Shown piece after piece: positions 1 through 10,308 of a DNA stretch of 53,412 nucleotides. Made by a program: the position numbers and the translations under genes. This DNA is from Nitrospirota bacterium. GTDB taxonomy: Bacteria > Nitrospirota > JAOUDF01. The notes under the pieces are model-generated. The model saw only the letters and a program-made list of their open reading frames with translations. It searched no databases and was not told where the DNA came from. The stretch lies in NCBI GenBank assembly GCA_029859385.1, contig JAOUDF010000001.1, forward strand, positions 1 through 53,412, read 5' to 3'. The first letter of the stretch is position 1. Each line of letters starts with the position of its first letter.

Positions 1-1
1 C

Positions 2-1528
2 AATATACTGTATGACTGGGGCAGGCTGAATGAGGCTGAGGCCAGTTACCGTCGAGCCCTGGAGCTGATACCGGGCTACGCTGTGACTCACAATAACCTG
101 GGCAATTCCTTACAGGGGCTTGGCCGTCTTGACGAGGCTGAAGTTTGTTTCCGGCAGGCAATACTGCTTAAGCCTGATTATCTTGAGGCCCATAATAATC
201 TGGGGAGTGTCCTTAAGGACCTTGGTCGTCTTGACGAAGCCGAGGCGAGCTTCCGTAGAGCACTGCAGATCAATCCCGATTATGCGGATGCCTTCGATAA
301 TATGCTGTTTACTTTAAACTATCAGCCGAACCTGAGTGCTGAAGAGATTTACCGGGTGTATCAGGAGTTCGATGCGACTAGATGCATGCCCTTGCGATCA
401 ACCTGGCGCACTCATCATAATGACAGGAGCCCCGACCGTCGTCTGCGGGTAGGCTATGTCTCTCCCGATTTTCGGCTTCACTCATGTCGCTATTTCCTGG
501 AGCCGCTACTGGCACATCATGACAAGACGCAGGTAGAAGTATACGCTTACGCCGAACTGATCAAGGAAGACCACATGACCGCCCGCTACAAGAACTACGT
601 TGATCACTGGATTCCTACCAAGGGGATGAGTGACGAAGACCTCGCCGAGAGGGTGCGTGCTGACGGCATAGATATTCTGGTCGAGCTGGCGGGTCACACC
701 GCAGCTAACCGCTTGCTCACCTTCGCCCGAAAACCAGCCCCTGTTTCTCTCAGTTGGCTTGGCTACGGCTATACGACAGGAGTCAGCGCAATAGATTACT
801 ATCTCACGGACGAAATAAGCGCGCCGCCGGGCAGCGAAGGGCTTTTCGCCGAAAAACCATGGCGTGTCACTACGCCATCCCATGTGTACCGCCCGACTGA
901 GGGTATGGGAGGAGTCAATAGTCTGCCTGCGCTCCAACGAGGCTATATTACCTTTGGTACTTTGACTCGTTCCGTACGGGTCAACCATCGCACAATACGG
1001 GCATGGGCGGCAATCCTTAATGCGGTGCCCAATTCACGGTTTATCATGGACAGCGCGAACTTCAGTGACCCCATAACACAGGAACGGATGGCGCTGCGTT
1101 TTGCACAATACGGCATTACCCGTAACCGTCTGGAAATCGGGTTTCACAGCCCGCCGTGGGATACCTTACGCAGTATGGACATTGGCCTGGACTGCTTCCC
1201 ACATAATTCAGGCACTACCCTCTATGAAACCATCTATATGGGTGTACCCTACATCACGCTGGCGGAGCGACCGTCGGTCGGGCGCCTTGGCAGCAGCATA
1301 CTGCATGGGGTTGGGCATCCGGAATGGATAGCTAAGGATGAAGATGAATATGTAACAAAGGCTGTTGAGTTGGCAAGCGACGTCCACCGACTGGCAAAGA
1401 TACGCTCTTCCTTGCGAGGCCAGATGGAATTGAGTCCATTAAGAGATGAGGAGGGGTTTACGCGCAAGATGGAAGATGTGTATCGAAAGATGTGGAGAAT
1501 ATGGTGTGAAAGGGGTGATCATTCATGA
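2..1528 (+). CDS. TPR-repeat protein fused to a GT41/SPINDLY-like glycosyltransferase domain (5' end cut by window edge)
   Basis: The frame stays open from base 2 through the track start at 83 ([34 protein letters not shown]...), so the gene is 5'-truncated. It has repeated 34-aa TPR units ([11 protein letters not shown]....PDY.EAHNNLG). The C-terminal ~380 aa has GT41-type blocks ([49 protein letters not shown]). Confidence 0.8.
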   Translation, partial: NILYDWGRLNEAEASYRRALELIPGYAVTHNNLGNSLQGLGRLDEAEVCFRQAILLKPDYLEAHNNLGSVLKDLGRLDEAEASFRRALQINPDYADAFDNMLFTLNYQPNLSAEEIYRVYQEFDATRCMPLRSTWRTHHNDRSPDRRLRVGYVSPDFRLHSCRYFLEPLLAHHDKTQVEVYAYAELIKEDHMTARYKNYVDHWIPTKGMSDEDLAERVRADGIDILVELAGHTAANRLLTFARKPAPVSLSWLGYGYTTGVSAIDYYLTDEISAPPGSEGLFAEKPWRVTTPSHVYRPTEGMGGVNSLPALQRGYITFGTLTRSVRVNHRTIRAWAAILNAVPNSRFIMDSANFSDPITQERMALRFAQYGITRNRLEIGFHSPPWDTLRSMDIGLDCFPHNSGTTLYETIYMGVPYITLAERPSVGRLGSSILHGVGHPEWIAKDEDEYVTKAVELASDVHRLAKIRSSLRGQMELSPLRDEEGFTRKMEDVYRKMWRIWCERGDHS

Positions 1529-2292
1529 AGGCAGTTATTCTCGCAGGCGGCCTCGGTACCAGGATCAGCGAAGAAACCCACCTTAAACCCAAGCCGATGA
1601 TTGAGGTCGGCGGCAAGCCCATCCTCTGGCATATTATGAAAACCTATTCCACTCACGGTATCAACGACTTCATCATCTGCTGCGGCTACAAAGGGTATGT
1701 GATCAAGGAGTATTTCGCCAACTATTTTCTCCACATGTCGGATGTCACTTTTGATATGTCTTCCAACAAGATGGAGGTGCACCATAACAGCGTTGAGCCG
1801 TGGCGGGTTACGCTGGTGGACACCGGCGAGAATACCCTGACCGGAGGTCGGCTCAAGCGAGTAAGAGAATATCTCGATGATGAAGATTTCTGTTTCACCT
1901 ACGGCGATGGCGTGAGTGATGTCGATATCAAGAAACTGGTCGCCTTTCACAAGAAACAGGGAACTCTGGCTACTCTTACCGCTGTGCAGCCGCCCGGCCG
2001 ATACGGAGCGCTGAACATCGAGGAGAAAAGAGTTGTCAGTTTCCTGGAGAAACCCCAGGGCGATGGCGGCTGGATAAACGGCGGCTACTTTGTCCTTTCT
2101 CCCAAGGTTATCGACTACATCAAGGGAGATGCCACTCCGTGGGAGCTGGAGCCGCTTCAGCGGCTTGCGAAGGAGAAGAACCTTTCGCCGTATCTGCATA
2201 AAGGGTTCTGGCATCCCATGGATACGCTGCGCGACAAGAATTATCTCGAAGAATTATGGGCGTCAGGCAATGCGCCGTGGCAAATATGGTGA
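1525..2292 (+). CDS. rfbF: glucose-1-phosphate cytidylyltransferase (CDP-glucose synthase)
   Basis: N-terminus [38 protein letters not shown] (GGxGTR nucleotidyltransferase signature). The 255-aa length and overall pattern are typical of RfbF/DdhA. ATGA overlap with the upstream stop. Confidence 0.9.
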   Translation: MKAVILAGGLGTRISEETHLKPKPMIEVGGKPILWHIMKTYSTHGINDFIICCGYKGYVIKEYFANYFLHMSDVTFDMSSNKMEVHHNSVEPWRVTLVDTGENTLTGGRLKRVREYLDDEDFCFTYGDGVSDVDIKKLVAFHKKQGTLATLTAVQPPGRYGALNIEEKRVVSFLEKPQGDGGWINGGYFVLSPKVIDYIKGDATPWELEPLQRLAKEKNLSPYLHKGFWHPMDTLRDKNYLEELWASGNAPWQIW

Positions 2293-2302
2293 GAGTCCGG
2301 TG

Positions 2303-3367
2303 ATGAATCCTGAATTCTGGAAAGGGAAACGGGTACTGATCACTGGCCACACAGGTTTTAAAGGGGGGTGGCTCTCCCTGTGGCTCCAGCGTGTTGGCGC
2401 GGAGGTCATTGGTTATGCCCTCGAACCACCGACAACACCAAACCTCTTTGACGCTGCATCCGTAGCTCAAGGCATGACATCAGTCCACGGAGACGTCCGC
2501 AACCTGGATCATCTCGCATCAACACTGATCAAGCACAAACCAGAAATAGTCTTCCACATGGCGGCCCAGTCACTGGTGCGGACCTCATACGATGAGCCGG
2601 TCGAAACATATGCCGTCAACGTCATGGGAACGGTGAACCTTCTTGAAGCGGTGCGGCAATATGGAGGCATCCGCGTTGTCATCAACGTCACCAGCGACAA
2701 GTGTTACGAAAACAGTGGACTCGATCGGGGATATAGTGAAGATGATCCTATGGGCGGCTATGATCCGTACTCCAGCAGCAAAGGATGCGCCGAACTTGTA
2801 ACCGCCGCTTATCGTCGGTCTTTCTTTCATGACAACAGTACGGCCGTCGCCAGCGTCCGGGCAGGGAACGTTATCGGCGGAGGCGATTGGGCCGACTACA
2901 GGTTGCTACCTGACATAATGAAGGCCCTTATGAACGGTCAGGTAGTAAAGATACGGAACCCCCATTCAGTCAGGCCCTGGCAGCATGTACTGGAGCCCTT
3001 GAACGGCTATCTCTGTTTGGCAGAGCGGCTGTGGGAAGATGGGCGACGATTTGCTGATGGATGGAACTTTGGCCCCGCTGACGAGGATGCACGTCCGGTA
3101 TCATGGATCGTGGAAAGGGCGACAGCCCTCTGGGGAGAGGCCACGCTGTGGGAACAGGATGGTATACCGCAGCCGCACGAAGCGCATACCTTGCGGCTTG
3201 ATAGCGCCAAGGCCAGGAATCTCCTGGGGTGGTCGCCCGAGCTTGATCTTGCCGAGGCACTGGAATGGACGGTTCATTGGTATAAGCAGTTTCAACGGGA
3301 CAAGTCTTCAGTACGGCTAATCACTGAAGAGCAGATCGACAGGTTTCTGGCAAAGGGGAACTCATGA
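2303..3367 (+). CDS. rfbG: CDP-glucose 4,6-dehydratase
   Basis: Extended-SDR pattern: VLITGHTGFKGGWLSLWL Rossmann motif, TSDKCYEN, YSSSKGCAEL (YxxxK). ATG 2303 was chosen because the track ORF start (2090) lies inside rfbF in another frame. Confidence 0.88.
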   Translation: MNPEFWKGKRVLITGHTGFKGGWLSLWLQRVGAEVIGYALEPPTTPNLFDAASVAQGMTSVHGDVRNLDHLASTLIKHKPEIVFHMAAQSLVRTSYDEPVETYAVNVMGTVNLLEAVRQYGGIRVVINVTSDKCYENSGLDRGYSEDDPMGGYDPYSSSKGCAELVTAAYRRSFFHDNSTAVASVRAGNVIGGGDWADYRLLPDIMKALMNGQVVKIRNPHSVRPWQHVLEPLNGYLCLAERLWEDGRRFADGWNFGPADEDARPVSWIVERATALWGEATLWEQDGIPQPHEAHTLRLDSAKARNLLGWSPELDLAEALEWTVHWYKQFQRDKSSVRLITEEQIDRFLAKGNS

Positions 3368-4599
3368 AAGCTCCGACATGCCGGTTTTGCGGAACACCGC
3401 TGACTCATACCTTTGTGGATCTCGGCATGTCGCCGCTCTCCAATTCCTATCTGTGTTCCGAGGATTTGGGACAGATGGAGCCGTTCTATCCTCTTCATGC
3501 CCGCGTGTGCGACCAGTGCTGGCTGGTGCAACTCGAAGAATTCGAGAGCCCGCAGACCATCTTCAGCGACTATGCTTATTTCTCTTCATGGTCCGATACG
3601 TGGCTTGCCCACGCCCGCGCATATACCGAACAGATGATCAGCCGGTTCGGCTTTAACCAATCCAGTCAAATAGTGGAGATCGCCAGTAACGATGGTTATC
3701 TCCTGCGTAACTTCAAGGAGAAGGGGATACCGGTGCTTGGTATCGAACCCGCCGCCAACGTGGCGAAGGTGGCTGAAGAGGCGGGGATCCCCACGCTGGT
3801 AAAGTTCTTCGGCACGGAGACAGCGCGGGAGCTTGCCGCGAAGGGCAGGCAGGCCGACCTGTTGTTGGGGAACAATGTTCTTGCCCATGTGCCGGACATC
3901 AACGACTTTGTGGCAGGGATGAAGATACTGCTGAAGCCGGGCGGCATAATTACCATGGAGTTCCCCCATCTGCTGCAATTGATGGACAAGAACCAGTTCG
4001 ACACCATTTATCATGAGCACTTTTTCTATCTCTCCTTCACTACCGTTCAAAGGATTTTTGCGAAGCACGGTCTGACACTGTTCGATGTAGATGAGTTGTC
4101 CACTCACGGTGGTTCGCTGCGTATCTATGCATGTCACACGGAGAACGGTAATCTCCCGGTTTCAGCAACCGTTGAGAGACTTGTTAACAGTGAGGTCGAG
4201 GCCGGGCTGACGCAACTTGAAGCGTACGGAGGTTTCTCCGAAAGGGTCAGAGAAACCAAGCGCCGATTGCTGGAGTTTCTGATTCAGGCAAAGAGAGAGG
4301 GAAAGAGCATCGTTGGCTACGGCGCTCCAGCCAAAGGGAATACCCTGCTCAACTATTGCGGTATCCGCACCGACTTTATTGACTATACCGTCGATAGAAG
4401 TACATATAAGCAGGGGCGTTTCCTCCCCGGCACGCATATACCGATTTATCATCCGGATCGGGTACGAGAGACAAAGCCTGATTACCTCCTGATCCTGCCG
4501 TGGAATATCAAGGATGAAATTATGGGGCAGATGGCACACATAAAGGACTGGGGCGGAAAGTTTGTCATCCCCATACCCGGCGTAGAGGTGGTCCAATGA
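3364..4599 (+). CDS. NDP-hexose C-methyltransferase family protein (N-terminal Zn-ribbon + class I SAM MTase + C-methyltransferase C-domain)
   Basis: CRFCGTPL...CDQCWLVQL cysteine pairs at the N-terminus. SAM-binding IVEIASNDGYLL. Length and layout match TylCIII-like sugar C-methyltransferases. ATGA overlap with rfbG. Confidence 0.75.
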   Translation: MKAPTCRFCGTPLTHTFVDLGMSPLSNSYLCSEDLGQMEPFYPLHARVCDQCWLVQLEEFESPQTIFSDYAYFSSWSDTWLAHARAYTEQMISRFGFNQSSQIVEIASNDGYLLRNFKEKGIPVLGIEPAANVAKVAEEAGIPTLVKFFGTETARELAAKGRQADLLLGNNVLAHVPDINDFVAGMKILLKPGGIITMEFPHLLQLMDKNQFDTIYHEHFFYLSFTTVQRIFAKHGLTLFDVDELSTHGGSLRIYACHTENGNLPVSATVERLVNSEVEAGLTQLEAYGGFSERVRETKRRLLEFLIQAKREGKSIVGYGAPAKGNTLLNYCGIRTDFIDYTVDRSTYKQGRFLPGTHIPIYHPDRVRETKPDYLLILPWNIKDEIMGQMAHIKDWGGKFVIPIPGVEVVQ

Positions 4600-5141
4600 A
4601 GTTTATGGAGACCATGCTGAAAGGGGTGTGGGTTATTGATCTTGAACCCATTGAGGACGAGAGAGGATTCTTTGCCCGGAGTTGGTGCGCAAAGGAGTTT
4701 GAGGAGCATGGACTCAACCCGCGCTTGGCGCAGTGCAATATCTCCTTCAATCTGAAGAAGGGAACAATCCGGGGGATGCATTATCAGGCGGCTCCTTTTG
4801 AAGAGGTCAAGCTTGTGCGATGTATCAGAGGAGCCATATTCGATGTCGTCATCGACTTGAGACCGGATTCTCCAACGTATACGCAGTGGGTCGGGGTCGA
4901 GCTTACCGAAGAAAACAGGAAAGCGCTTTACGTGCCTGAAAAATTCGCCCACGGCTTTCAGACACTGATTGACAATACCGAGGTCTTTTATCAGATGTCT
5001 GAGTTTTATCATCCTGACTGTGCGCGCGGCGTACGGTGGGATGATTCGGTGTTCGGGATAGAGTGGCCGGACCAGATATCACGAATTGTTTCACCGCAAG
5101 ACAGTAATTTCCCCTCTTTTGTCGAGGATGAGCCTTTATGA
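4596..5141 (+). CDS. NDP-4-keto-6-deoxyhexose 3,5-epimerase (RmlC-like cupin)
   Basis: ERGFFARSW, IRGMHYQ, KLVRCIRGAIFDVVIDLRPDSPTY, YVPEKFAHGFQTL: the classic RmlC block order. ATGA overlap upstream. Confidence 0.85.
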   Translation: MKFMETMLKGVWVIDLEPIEDERGFFARSWCAKEFEEHGLNPRLAQCNISFNLKKGTIRGMHYQAAPFEEVKLVRCIRGAIFDVVIDLRPDSPTYTQWVGVELTEENRKALYVPEKFAHGFQTLIDNTEVFYQMSEFYHPDCARGVRWDDSVFGIEWPDQISRIVSPQDSNFPSFVEDEPL

Positions 5142-5911
5142 ATATCGCGCTTTTTGCAGCCGGGAATGTGGGGTACGAAGTCGCTCGCGTCTTTGGAGAT
5201 AACAATGTAGAGCCCCTTTGCCTTGTCCTGGATTCAAAGGCATCCAGCGAAATGAAAGGCAAAATCATCGAGGCTGCAAAGGTGCCTGAGGACCGTGTCT
5301 ACTACAGCGACGAGCTCTACAGCAAAGAAATACTGAATACCCTTGAGAAGATGCGCCCGGATCTCATCATCCTTTGCTGGTGGCCGTACATTATAAAGGA
5401 GCCCCTTATAAGCCTGCCCCGTCACGGCTGTCTCAACTTTCACCCCAGTCTCCTGCCAAACAACAGGGGTAAGCACTATAATTTCTGGGCACTCGTCGAA
5501 GAAGCCCCATTCGGTGTGACGCTGCATTTTGTCGATGAGGGGGTTGATACGGGCGACATTGCCTTCCAATCTCGGATTGAAACTACATGGGAAGACACTG
5601 GTGAAACCTTGTACTATAAGGCACAGCAGGAAATTGTCCGTCTGTTCAAGGATAATTTCAGCCGAATCGTGAACGGAGATATCCCGAGGACACCACAGAA
5701 CCATGAGGAAGGCAGCTTTCACAGAGCAAGCGAGCTTGACCCGGCTTCTGAAATAGTTCTCGATAGCCATTGCCGTGCCCGTAATCTTTTGAATATGATC
5801 CGTGCGCGGACATTTCCGCCTCATCCGGCGGCATGGTTTGTAGAGAACGGTTCACGGTATGAAGTGAGAATTGAGATTAAAAAAATCGATTCAGGGGGCT
5901 CAGATGGATGA
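5138..5911 (+). CDS. formyltransferase-family protein (candidate sugar N-formyltransferase)
   Basis: Formyl_trans_N-type core: GCLNFHPSLLPNNRG (Asn/His) followed by VDEGVDTGDI (Asp). No tRNA-binding C-domain length. Embedded in the sugar operon next to an aminotransferase. Confidence 0.7.
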   Translation: MNIALFAAGNVGYEVARVFGDNNVEPLCLVLDSKASSEMKGKIIEAAKVPEDRVYYSDELYSKEILNTLEKMRPDLIILCWWPYIIKEPLISLPRHGCLNFHPSLLPNNRGKHYNFWALVEEAPFGVTLHFVDEGVDTGDIAFQSRIETTWEDTGETLYYKAQQEIVRLFKDNFSRIVNGDIPRTPQNHEEGSFHRASELDPASEIVLDSHCRARNLLNMIRARTFPPHPAAWFVENGSRYEVRIEIKKIDSGGSDG

Positions 5912-6632
5912 ATTTGAGAAGCGAAATGCCGACATGATACGGGGGATGGCTTCAGATACCGATTTGAAAAGGAAAAGCCATGAGTGGTTCATGGCCGGCT
6001 CGCGATACGAATATTCTTACCACTTTACCTGGCTGGGCCGCCCTATAATTCAGTTCCCTCAGGATATAGTGGCTCTGCAGGAGATAATCTGGAGCGTAAA
6101 ACCCGATTTGATCATAGAAACGGGTATAGCCCGCGGCGGCTCCCTGATTTTTTCGGCGTCAATGCTGGAGTTGCTGGGCGGCGACGGAGAAGTAATAGGT
6201 ATCGACATCGACATCAGGGAACATAACCGTCGCGAAATAGAGAAGCATCCTCTCTTCAAGCGAATAACAATGCTTGAGGGATCTTCCATCGACGACGCTA
6301 TGGCCAAAAGAATATATGAGCTCGCAAAAGGTCGGACACGAATTCTGGTTATCCTCGATTCAAACCACACTCACGAGCATGTGCTTAGAGAGCTGGAGTT
6401 ATATTCTCCACTTGTGGCGAAAGATAGCTATCTTGTGGTTTTTGACACTATTGTGGAAGAGATGCCCGATGATTTTTTCCCGAACAGACCGTGGGGACGG
6501 GGAAACAACCCGAAGACCGCCGTGCGGGAATTCCTTAAGAAGAACGACCGCTTTGAAATAGATAGTGAGTTCGAAAACAAGCTTCTCATTACCGTGGCTC
6601 CAAGTGGCTATCTGCGCTGCGTGAAGGACTGA
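5904..6632 (+). CDS. CmcI/cephalosporin-hydroxylase-family class I methyltransferase (sugar O-methyltransferase candidate)
   Basis: YSYHFTWLGRPIIQFPQDIVALQEIIWSVKPDLIIETGIARGGSLIF matches the CmcI-family pattern. ATG 5904 overlaps the upstream stop by 8 nt (the track start 5871 is further inside the upstream gene). Confidence 0.75.
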   Translation: MDEFEKRNADMIRGMASDTDLKRKSHEWFMAGSRYEYSYHFTWLGRPIIQFPQDIVALQEIIWSVKPDLIIETGIARGGSLIFSASMLELLGGDGEVIGIDIDIREHNRREIEKHPLFKRITMLEGSSIDDAMAKRIYELAKGRTRILVILDSNHTHEHVLRELELYSPLVAKDSYLVVFDTIVEEMPDDFFPNRPWGRGNNPKTAVREFLKKNDRFEIDSEFENKLLITVAPSGYLRCVKD

Positions 6633-6637
6633 CGCCG

Positions 6638-7768
6638 ATGGAAAAATTACCCGTCTTTGTGCCGCACATTCATGTTGATACGCTCAAACACCTGACCGAT
6701 GCCCTCCATGTGGGCTGGCTGGGAATGGGGGCCACCACCAAGGAGTTTGAAGAAAGAATTGCTGCCTATCTCGATCTATCGGACCGTTTTGTCGCTACTA
6801 CAAATACCGGGACTTCGGCGCTGCATATCGCCCTGTTGGCGGCAGGGGTCGGCTCTGGCGATGAAGTGATAACCCCGTCATTCAACTATGTGGCCGACCA
6901 CCAGGCCATCCGCATGACCGGCGCCGACGTGGTCATGTGCGACATCCGCGAAGACAATCTCGGCATCGATTGCGAGAAGGCCGAGCAGCTGATAAGCGAG
7001 AGGACAAAGGCGATCATCCCGTTGCACTTCGCCGGGATACCCTGCGACCAGGACGGCGTATATCGCCTTGCGCAAAAATACAACCTGCGCGTAATAGAAG
7101 ACGGTTGTCATGCCTTCGGCTCTTCAATCGGCGGCCGGAAGATCGGGAGTTACGGCGATATAACCTGTTTCAGTTTTGACCCGGTCAAGATAATTACCTC
7201 CATAGACGGTGGTTGCGTCGTGGTAAACAGCCGGGAAGAACTGGAGCAGCTTCACCGGCTGCGCCTGCTGGGCGTGGACAAGGACACGACCGAGCGATAC
7301 AAGAACAGCCGGGCCTGGGACTACGATGTGGTGAGTGAGGGGTACAGATATCACCTTACCAATATCATGGCCAGCGTCGGGATATCTCAGCTCAAGCGAA
7401 TAGACGAGTTTGTTAATAGCCGGCGCCGGGTTTGCCGGGCATATAGCGAAGCATTCAAGGATATAGACGGACTCAAAGTCCCCGAGTCCGATTTCGACGG
7501 GGTCTCTCCATTTATCTACAGCCTGCGGGTCCTTGGCGGCGAGCGGGAAGCCCTCATCGAACACATGCGTCAACGTGACATTGACGTGGGCATTCATTTC
7601 GTGCCGGTTCACCGGCATACCTATTTTGCCAATGCCCGCCGCGGCGACATGGAAGTGACTGAAAGGGTCGTAAAACAGGTGTTGACCCTGCCGCTGCATT
7701 CCAATATGAAGCCGGACTTTGTAGAGCGGGTAATTGACGGTGTATGCGGATTTTTCAAGGTTTTGTGA
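6638..7768 (+). CDS. DegT/DnrJ/EryC1/StrS-family PLP-dependent sugar aminotransferase
   Basis: TNTGTSALHIALLAAGVGSGDEVITPSFNYVA, CFSFDPVKIITSIDGG (PLP-lysine region), 376 aa. Confidence 0.88.
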   Translation: MEKLPVFVPHIHVDTLKHLTDALHVGWLGMGATTKEFEERIAAYLDLSDRFVATTNTGTSALHIALLAAGVGSGDEVITPSFNYVADHQAIRMTGADVVMCDIREDNLGIDCEKAEQLISERTKAIIPLHFAGIPCDQDGVYRLAQKYNLRVIEDGCHAFGSSIGGRKIGSYGDITCFSFDPVKIITSIDGGCVVVNSREELEQLHRLRLLGVDKDTTERYKNSRAWDYDVVSEGYRYHLTNIMASVGISQLKRIDEFVNSRRRVCRAYSEAFKDIDGLKVPESDFDGVSPFIYSLRVLGGEREALIEHMRQRDIDVGIHFVPVHRHTYFANARRGDMEVTERVVKQVLTLPLHSNMKPDFVERVIDGVCGFFKVL

Positions 7769-7815
7769 CGAGAATGCTTATGGGAAAAGGTTTTCCAGGG
7801 TAATTTTGCCGGCTC

Positions 7816-7842
7816 TCAAGTTTTAATATTTACAACCGATAA
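7816..7842 (+). promoter_or_regulatory. sigma-28 (FliA) promoter upstream of fliD
   Basis: TCAAGTTT-N11-ACCGATAA compared with the consensus TAAAGTTT-N11-GCCGATAA. Exact 11-nt spacer. Lies 43 nt upstream of the fliD ATG. Confidence 0.65.
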
Positions 7843-7884
7843 ATGTAGTAAGCCTAATGCTAACCCTTTACTGGAAGGTTTGAA

Positions 7885-9870
7885 ATGGCAGGTGTAGGTT
7901 CAGCGGCAAGTTCGCTCGATATAAACAACATCGTCTCGCAGCTCATGCAGGTTGAGAGTCGCAGAAAAACATTGCTCCAGCGCGACGAAGCTTCCTATCA
8001 GGTAAAGCTTTCTGCCGTGGGAAGCTTGTCGTCGTCGATGTCTTCTTTTCAAGCTGCTCTTAACAGTTTGAAAAATGCATCTAATTTCCAGTCTATCAGG
8101 GCAACCTCGGGAGATAATGCGGTCCTGACCGCGACCGCTTCGTCATCTGCCGCTCCAGGCACTTACAGCCTTGAAGTGACGCAGTTGGCCAAGGCCAACA
8201 TGCTCGCCTCATCGGCCCATACCGATACCACCTCCGCCATTGCCACGGGAACCCTTACCATCAAGGTGGGTGCGGGGGCGGCAAAAGATGTCACCATTGA
8301 TACCTCCAACAACACGCTGGCGGGCATTAGAGATGCCATCAACAAGGCGGGTGCCGACGTTACCGCCTCGATCATTAACGATGGCTCCGGCTATAAGCTG
8401 ATCATGACAGCTAACAAGATGGGTGATGCAAATGATATAAAGGTTACCGTTACCGGTGATAGCGTGGGGACAGACACTGACGCGGACGGGCTTTCAAGCC
8501 TGATGTACGATCCGGTCGGTACTAAAAACATGACCGAGATACAGGCCGCGAAGTCCGCGATCTTAAAAATGGGGTCAGGGCTTTCAGCGATGGAGATTAC
8601 AAAGGACTCCAACACTGTCACCGATGTAATTCAGGGTGTTACGCTGAACCTTCTCAAGGAACAGGTAGGTACGCCGGTCAGTATTACCGTGACCAATGAT
8701 ACCAGCGTGGTAAACGCCAATATCACCAAGTTCGTTGGGGAGTTCAACAAGCTGGTCAAGTCCCTCAAGGATATAGGGGGATATGACCCGACAACCAAGA
8801 AGAGCGGCCCCCTTGCCGGCGATGGCATGATACGCCAGGTGGAGTCTCAGATAAGGAGTGTCATCGCTGCTACCATTCCGGGGCTGTCCGGCGGAGTTAA
8901 TTCCCTCTCGCAGATTGGTATAACTACGCAAACGGACGGTACCTTGTCGATAAACAGCACCAAGCTCAGTGCGGCGCTGTCCAACAATTTCAACGATATT
9001 GTAAAGCTCTTTGCAACGGCGGGGACCGCGACCGACGCGAATATCAGCATGTCGTCATCTACCAGCAAAACAATTGCAGGGAGCTATGCGGTCAACATTA
9101 CCCAGGCGGCGACCCAGGGCAAGTTTGTTGGTGGCAACATAAGTGCCGGGATTCCGCTGGCAATCAGCGCGGGTTCCAATGATGCTTTAGCCCTCTCCAT
9201 AAACGGTATTGCCGGCTCAATAACCCTGTCCGCCGGCACCTACAACTCGGGCGCTGACCTGGCGGCGGAGCTGCAATCGAAGATAAATGGCGTCTCGGCC
9301 TTCAGTGCGGCAGGGATAAGCGCGACGGTCTCTTATGATACCGGAACCGGCAAGCTTACTATCACCTCCAGCACATATGGGTCGGAGTCAAAGATAAGCG
9401 GTATAATCGGTAATGCCGCGACCGACCTCGGGTTTGATGTTGGGACAAGCACCGATGGTGTTGATGTGGCCGGTACTATCGGCGGTCACTCGGCAACGGG
9501 CTCGGGGCAGAAGCTGACCGGCGGTGCCGGAACGGCGGTAGAAGGCCTTACCCTTACCATATTGGGGAGCGCAACGGGAGACAGAGGGACTTTTAGCTTC
9601 TCTACCGGGGTAGCTGAAACCATATTGGCCAAAATGGATGTATGGCTCGATTCGAGCAGCGGGGTCATAAAATCCAAGACCGACAGCCTGAACTCAACTA
9701 TCAAGCGCATTCAGAATGCCACTGAGCAGGAAGATGCAAGGCTTCTGGCGAGAGAGAAGACCCTGAGGGCACAATTTATCACCCTCCAGCAGACCCTTGA
9801 CAGGCTGAACAGCGTCGGAACCTTCCTTACCAATCAGAGTGCCGGACTCGAAAACCTCATTAAAGGGTAA
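7885..9870 (+). CDS. fliD: flagellar filament cap protein FliD (hook-associated protein 2)
   Basis: N-terminal LDINNIVSQLMQVESRRKTLLQ and C-terminal coiled-coil (LRAQFITLQQTLDRLNSVGTFLTNQ) are typical of FliD. Thr/Ser/Gly-rich middle. Sits next to flagellin. Confidence 0.88.
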   Translation: MAGVGSAASSLDINNIVSQLMQVESRRKTLLQRDEASYQVKLSAVGSLSSSMSSFQAALNSLKNASNFQSIRATSGDNAVLTATASSSAAPGTYSLEVTQLAKANMLASSAHTDTTSAIATGTLTIKVGAGAAKDVTIDTSNNTLAGIRDAINKAGADVTASIINDGSGYKLIMTANKMGDANDIKVTVTGDSVGTDTDADGLSSLMYDPVGTKNMTEIQAAKSAILKMGSGLSAMEITKDSNTVTDVIQGVTLNLLKEQVGTPVSITVTNDTSVVNANITKFVGEFNKLVKSLKDIGGYDPTTKKSGPLAGDGMIRQVESQIRSVIAATIPGLSGGVNSLSQIGITTQTDGTLSINSTKLSAALSNNFNDIVKLFATAGTATDANISMSSSTSKTIAGSYAVNITQAATQGKFVGGNISAGIPLAISAGSNDALALSINGIAGSITLSAGTYNSGADLAAELQSKINGVSAFSAAGISATVSYDTGTGKLTITSSTYGSESKISGIIGNAATDLGFDVGTSTDGVDVAGTIGGHSATGSGQKLTGGAGTAVEGLTLTILGSATGDRGTFSFSTGVAETILAKMDVWLDSSSGVIKSKTDSLNSTIKRIQNATEQEDARLLAREKTLRAQFITLQQTLDRLNSVGTFLTNQSAGLENLIKG

Positions 9871-9882
9871 TAAAAGAATCCC

Positions 9883-10251
9883 ATGACCGGCATCTTCTCC
9901 GAAAAACGACAGGCGCTCGAAACGCTACTGCATGAGATGGAAAATCTCAAGGGCGCAGTTTGTGACGGACTCTTTGAGGATGTCGATGCAATTACTGTGC
10001 GGCAGGCGGAGATTATTGAAAAAGTTACAGCGCTTGACCGAAAGCATGAAAAGGCCGACGGCCGGGAAAAGTGCTCAGGGGAACTGGCGGAGGAGTTGAA
10101 AGAGTTGCTGGGTCGAATCGCTGAGATTAACAACGGCCTGATTGCTGAATTAACAAAGCGGTCCCGGGATATCCAGCAGGAACTCGGCGGCTTGCACCGG
10201 GGAGCGGATGCAGCCGCAGGATATCGGAAACAGGCCGGTGCCAAGATTTGA
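9883..10251 (+). CDS. small helical protein, possibly a FlgN/FliT-like flagellar export chaperone
   Basis: 122 aa, all-helical and acidic, located between fliD and fliC. Only loose resemblance to the FlgN pattern (N-terminal L..LL.E...L, C-terminal N..N..L..). Weak ribosome-binding site. Confidence 0.35.
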   Translation: MTGIFSEKRQALETLLHEMENLKGAVCDGLFEDVDAITVRQAEIIEKVTALDRKHEKADGREKCSGELAEELKELLGRIAEINNGLIAELTKRSRDIQQELGGLHRGADAAAGYRKQAGAKI

Positions 10252-10270
10252 CAGCCGGCCTGGCAGATTT

Positions 10271-10287
10271 TGGCAGCGTACTGGCAA
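10271..10287 (+). promoter_or_regulatory. candidate sigma-54 (-24/-12) promoter upstream of fliC
   Basis: TGGCAG-CGTAC-TGGCA has GG and GC at the canonical spacing of TGGCAC-N5-TTGCA, with two mismatches. It is part of a TGGCA x3 periodic array (10261, 10271, 10282). Confidence 0.3.
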
Positions 10288-10308
10288 ACTTTGACATCGC
10301 TTTTAGGC

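Noticed and set aside
2090-2302. N-terminal 71-aa extension of the rfbG ORF given in the track.
   Set aside because: It overlaps the 3' end of rfbF in another frame and gives an Arg-rich nonsense sequence. The dehydratase homology begins at MNPEFWKGKRVLITGHTG (ATG 2303).
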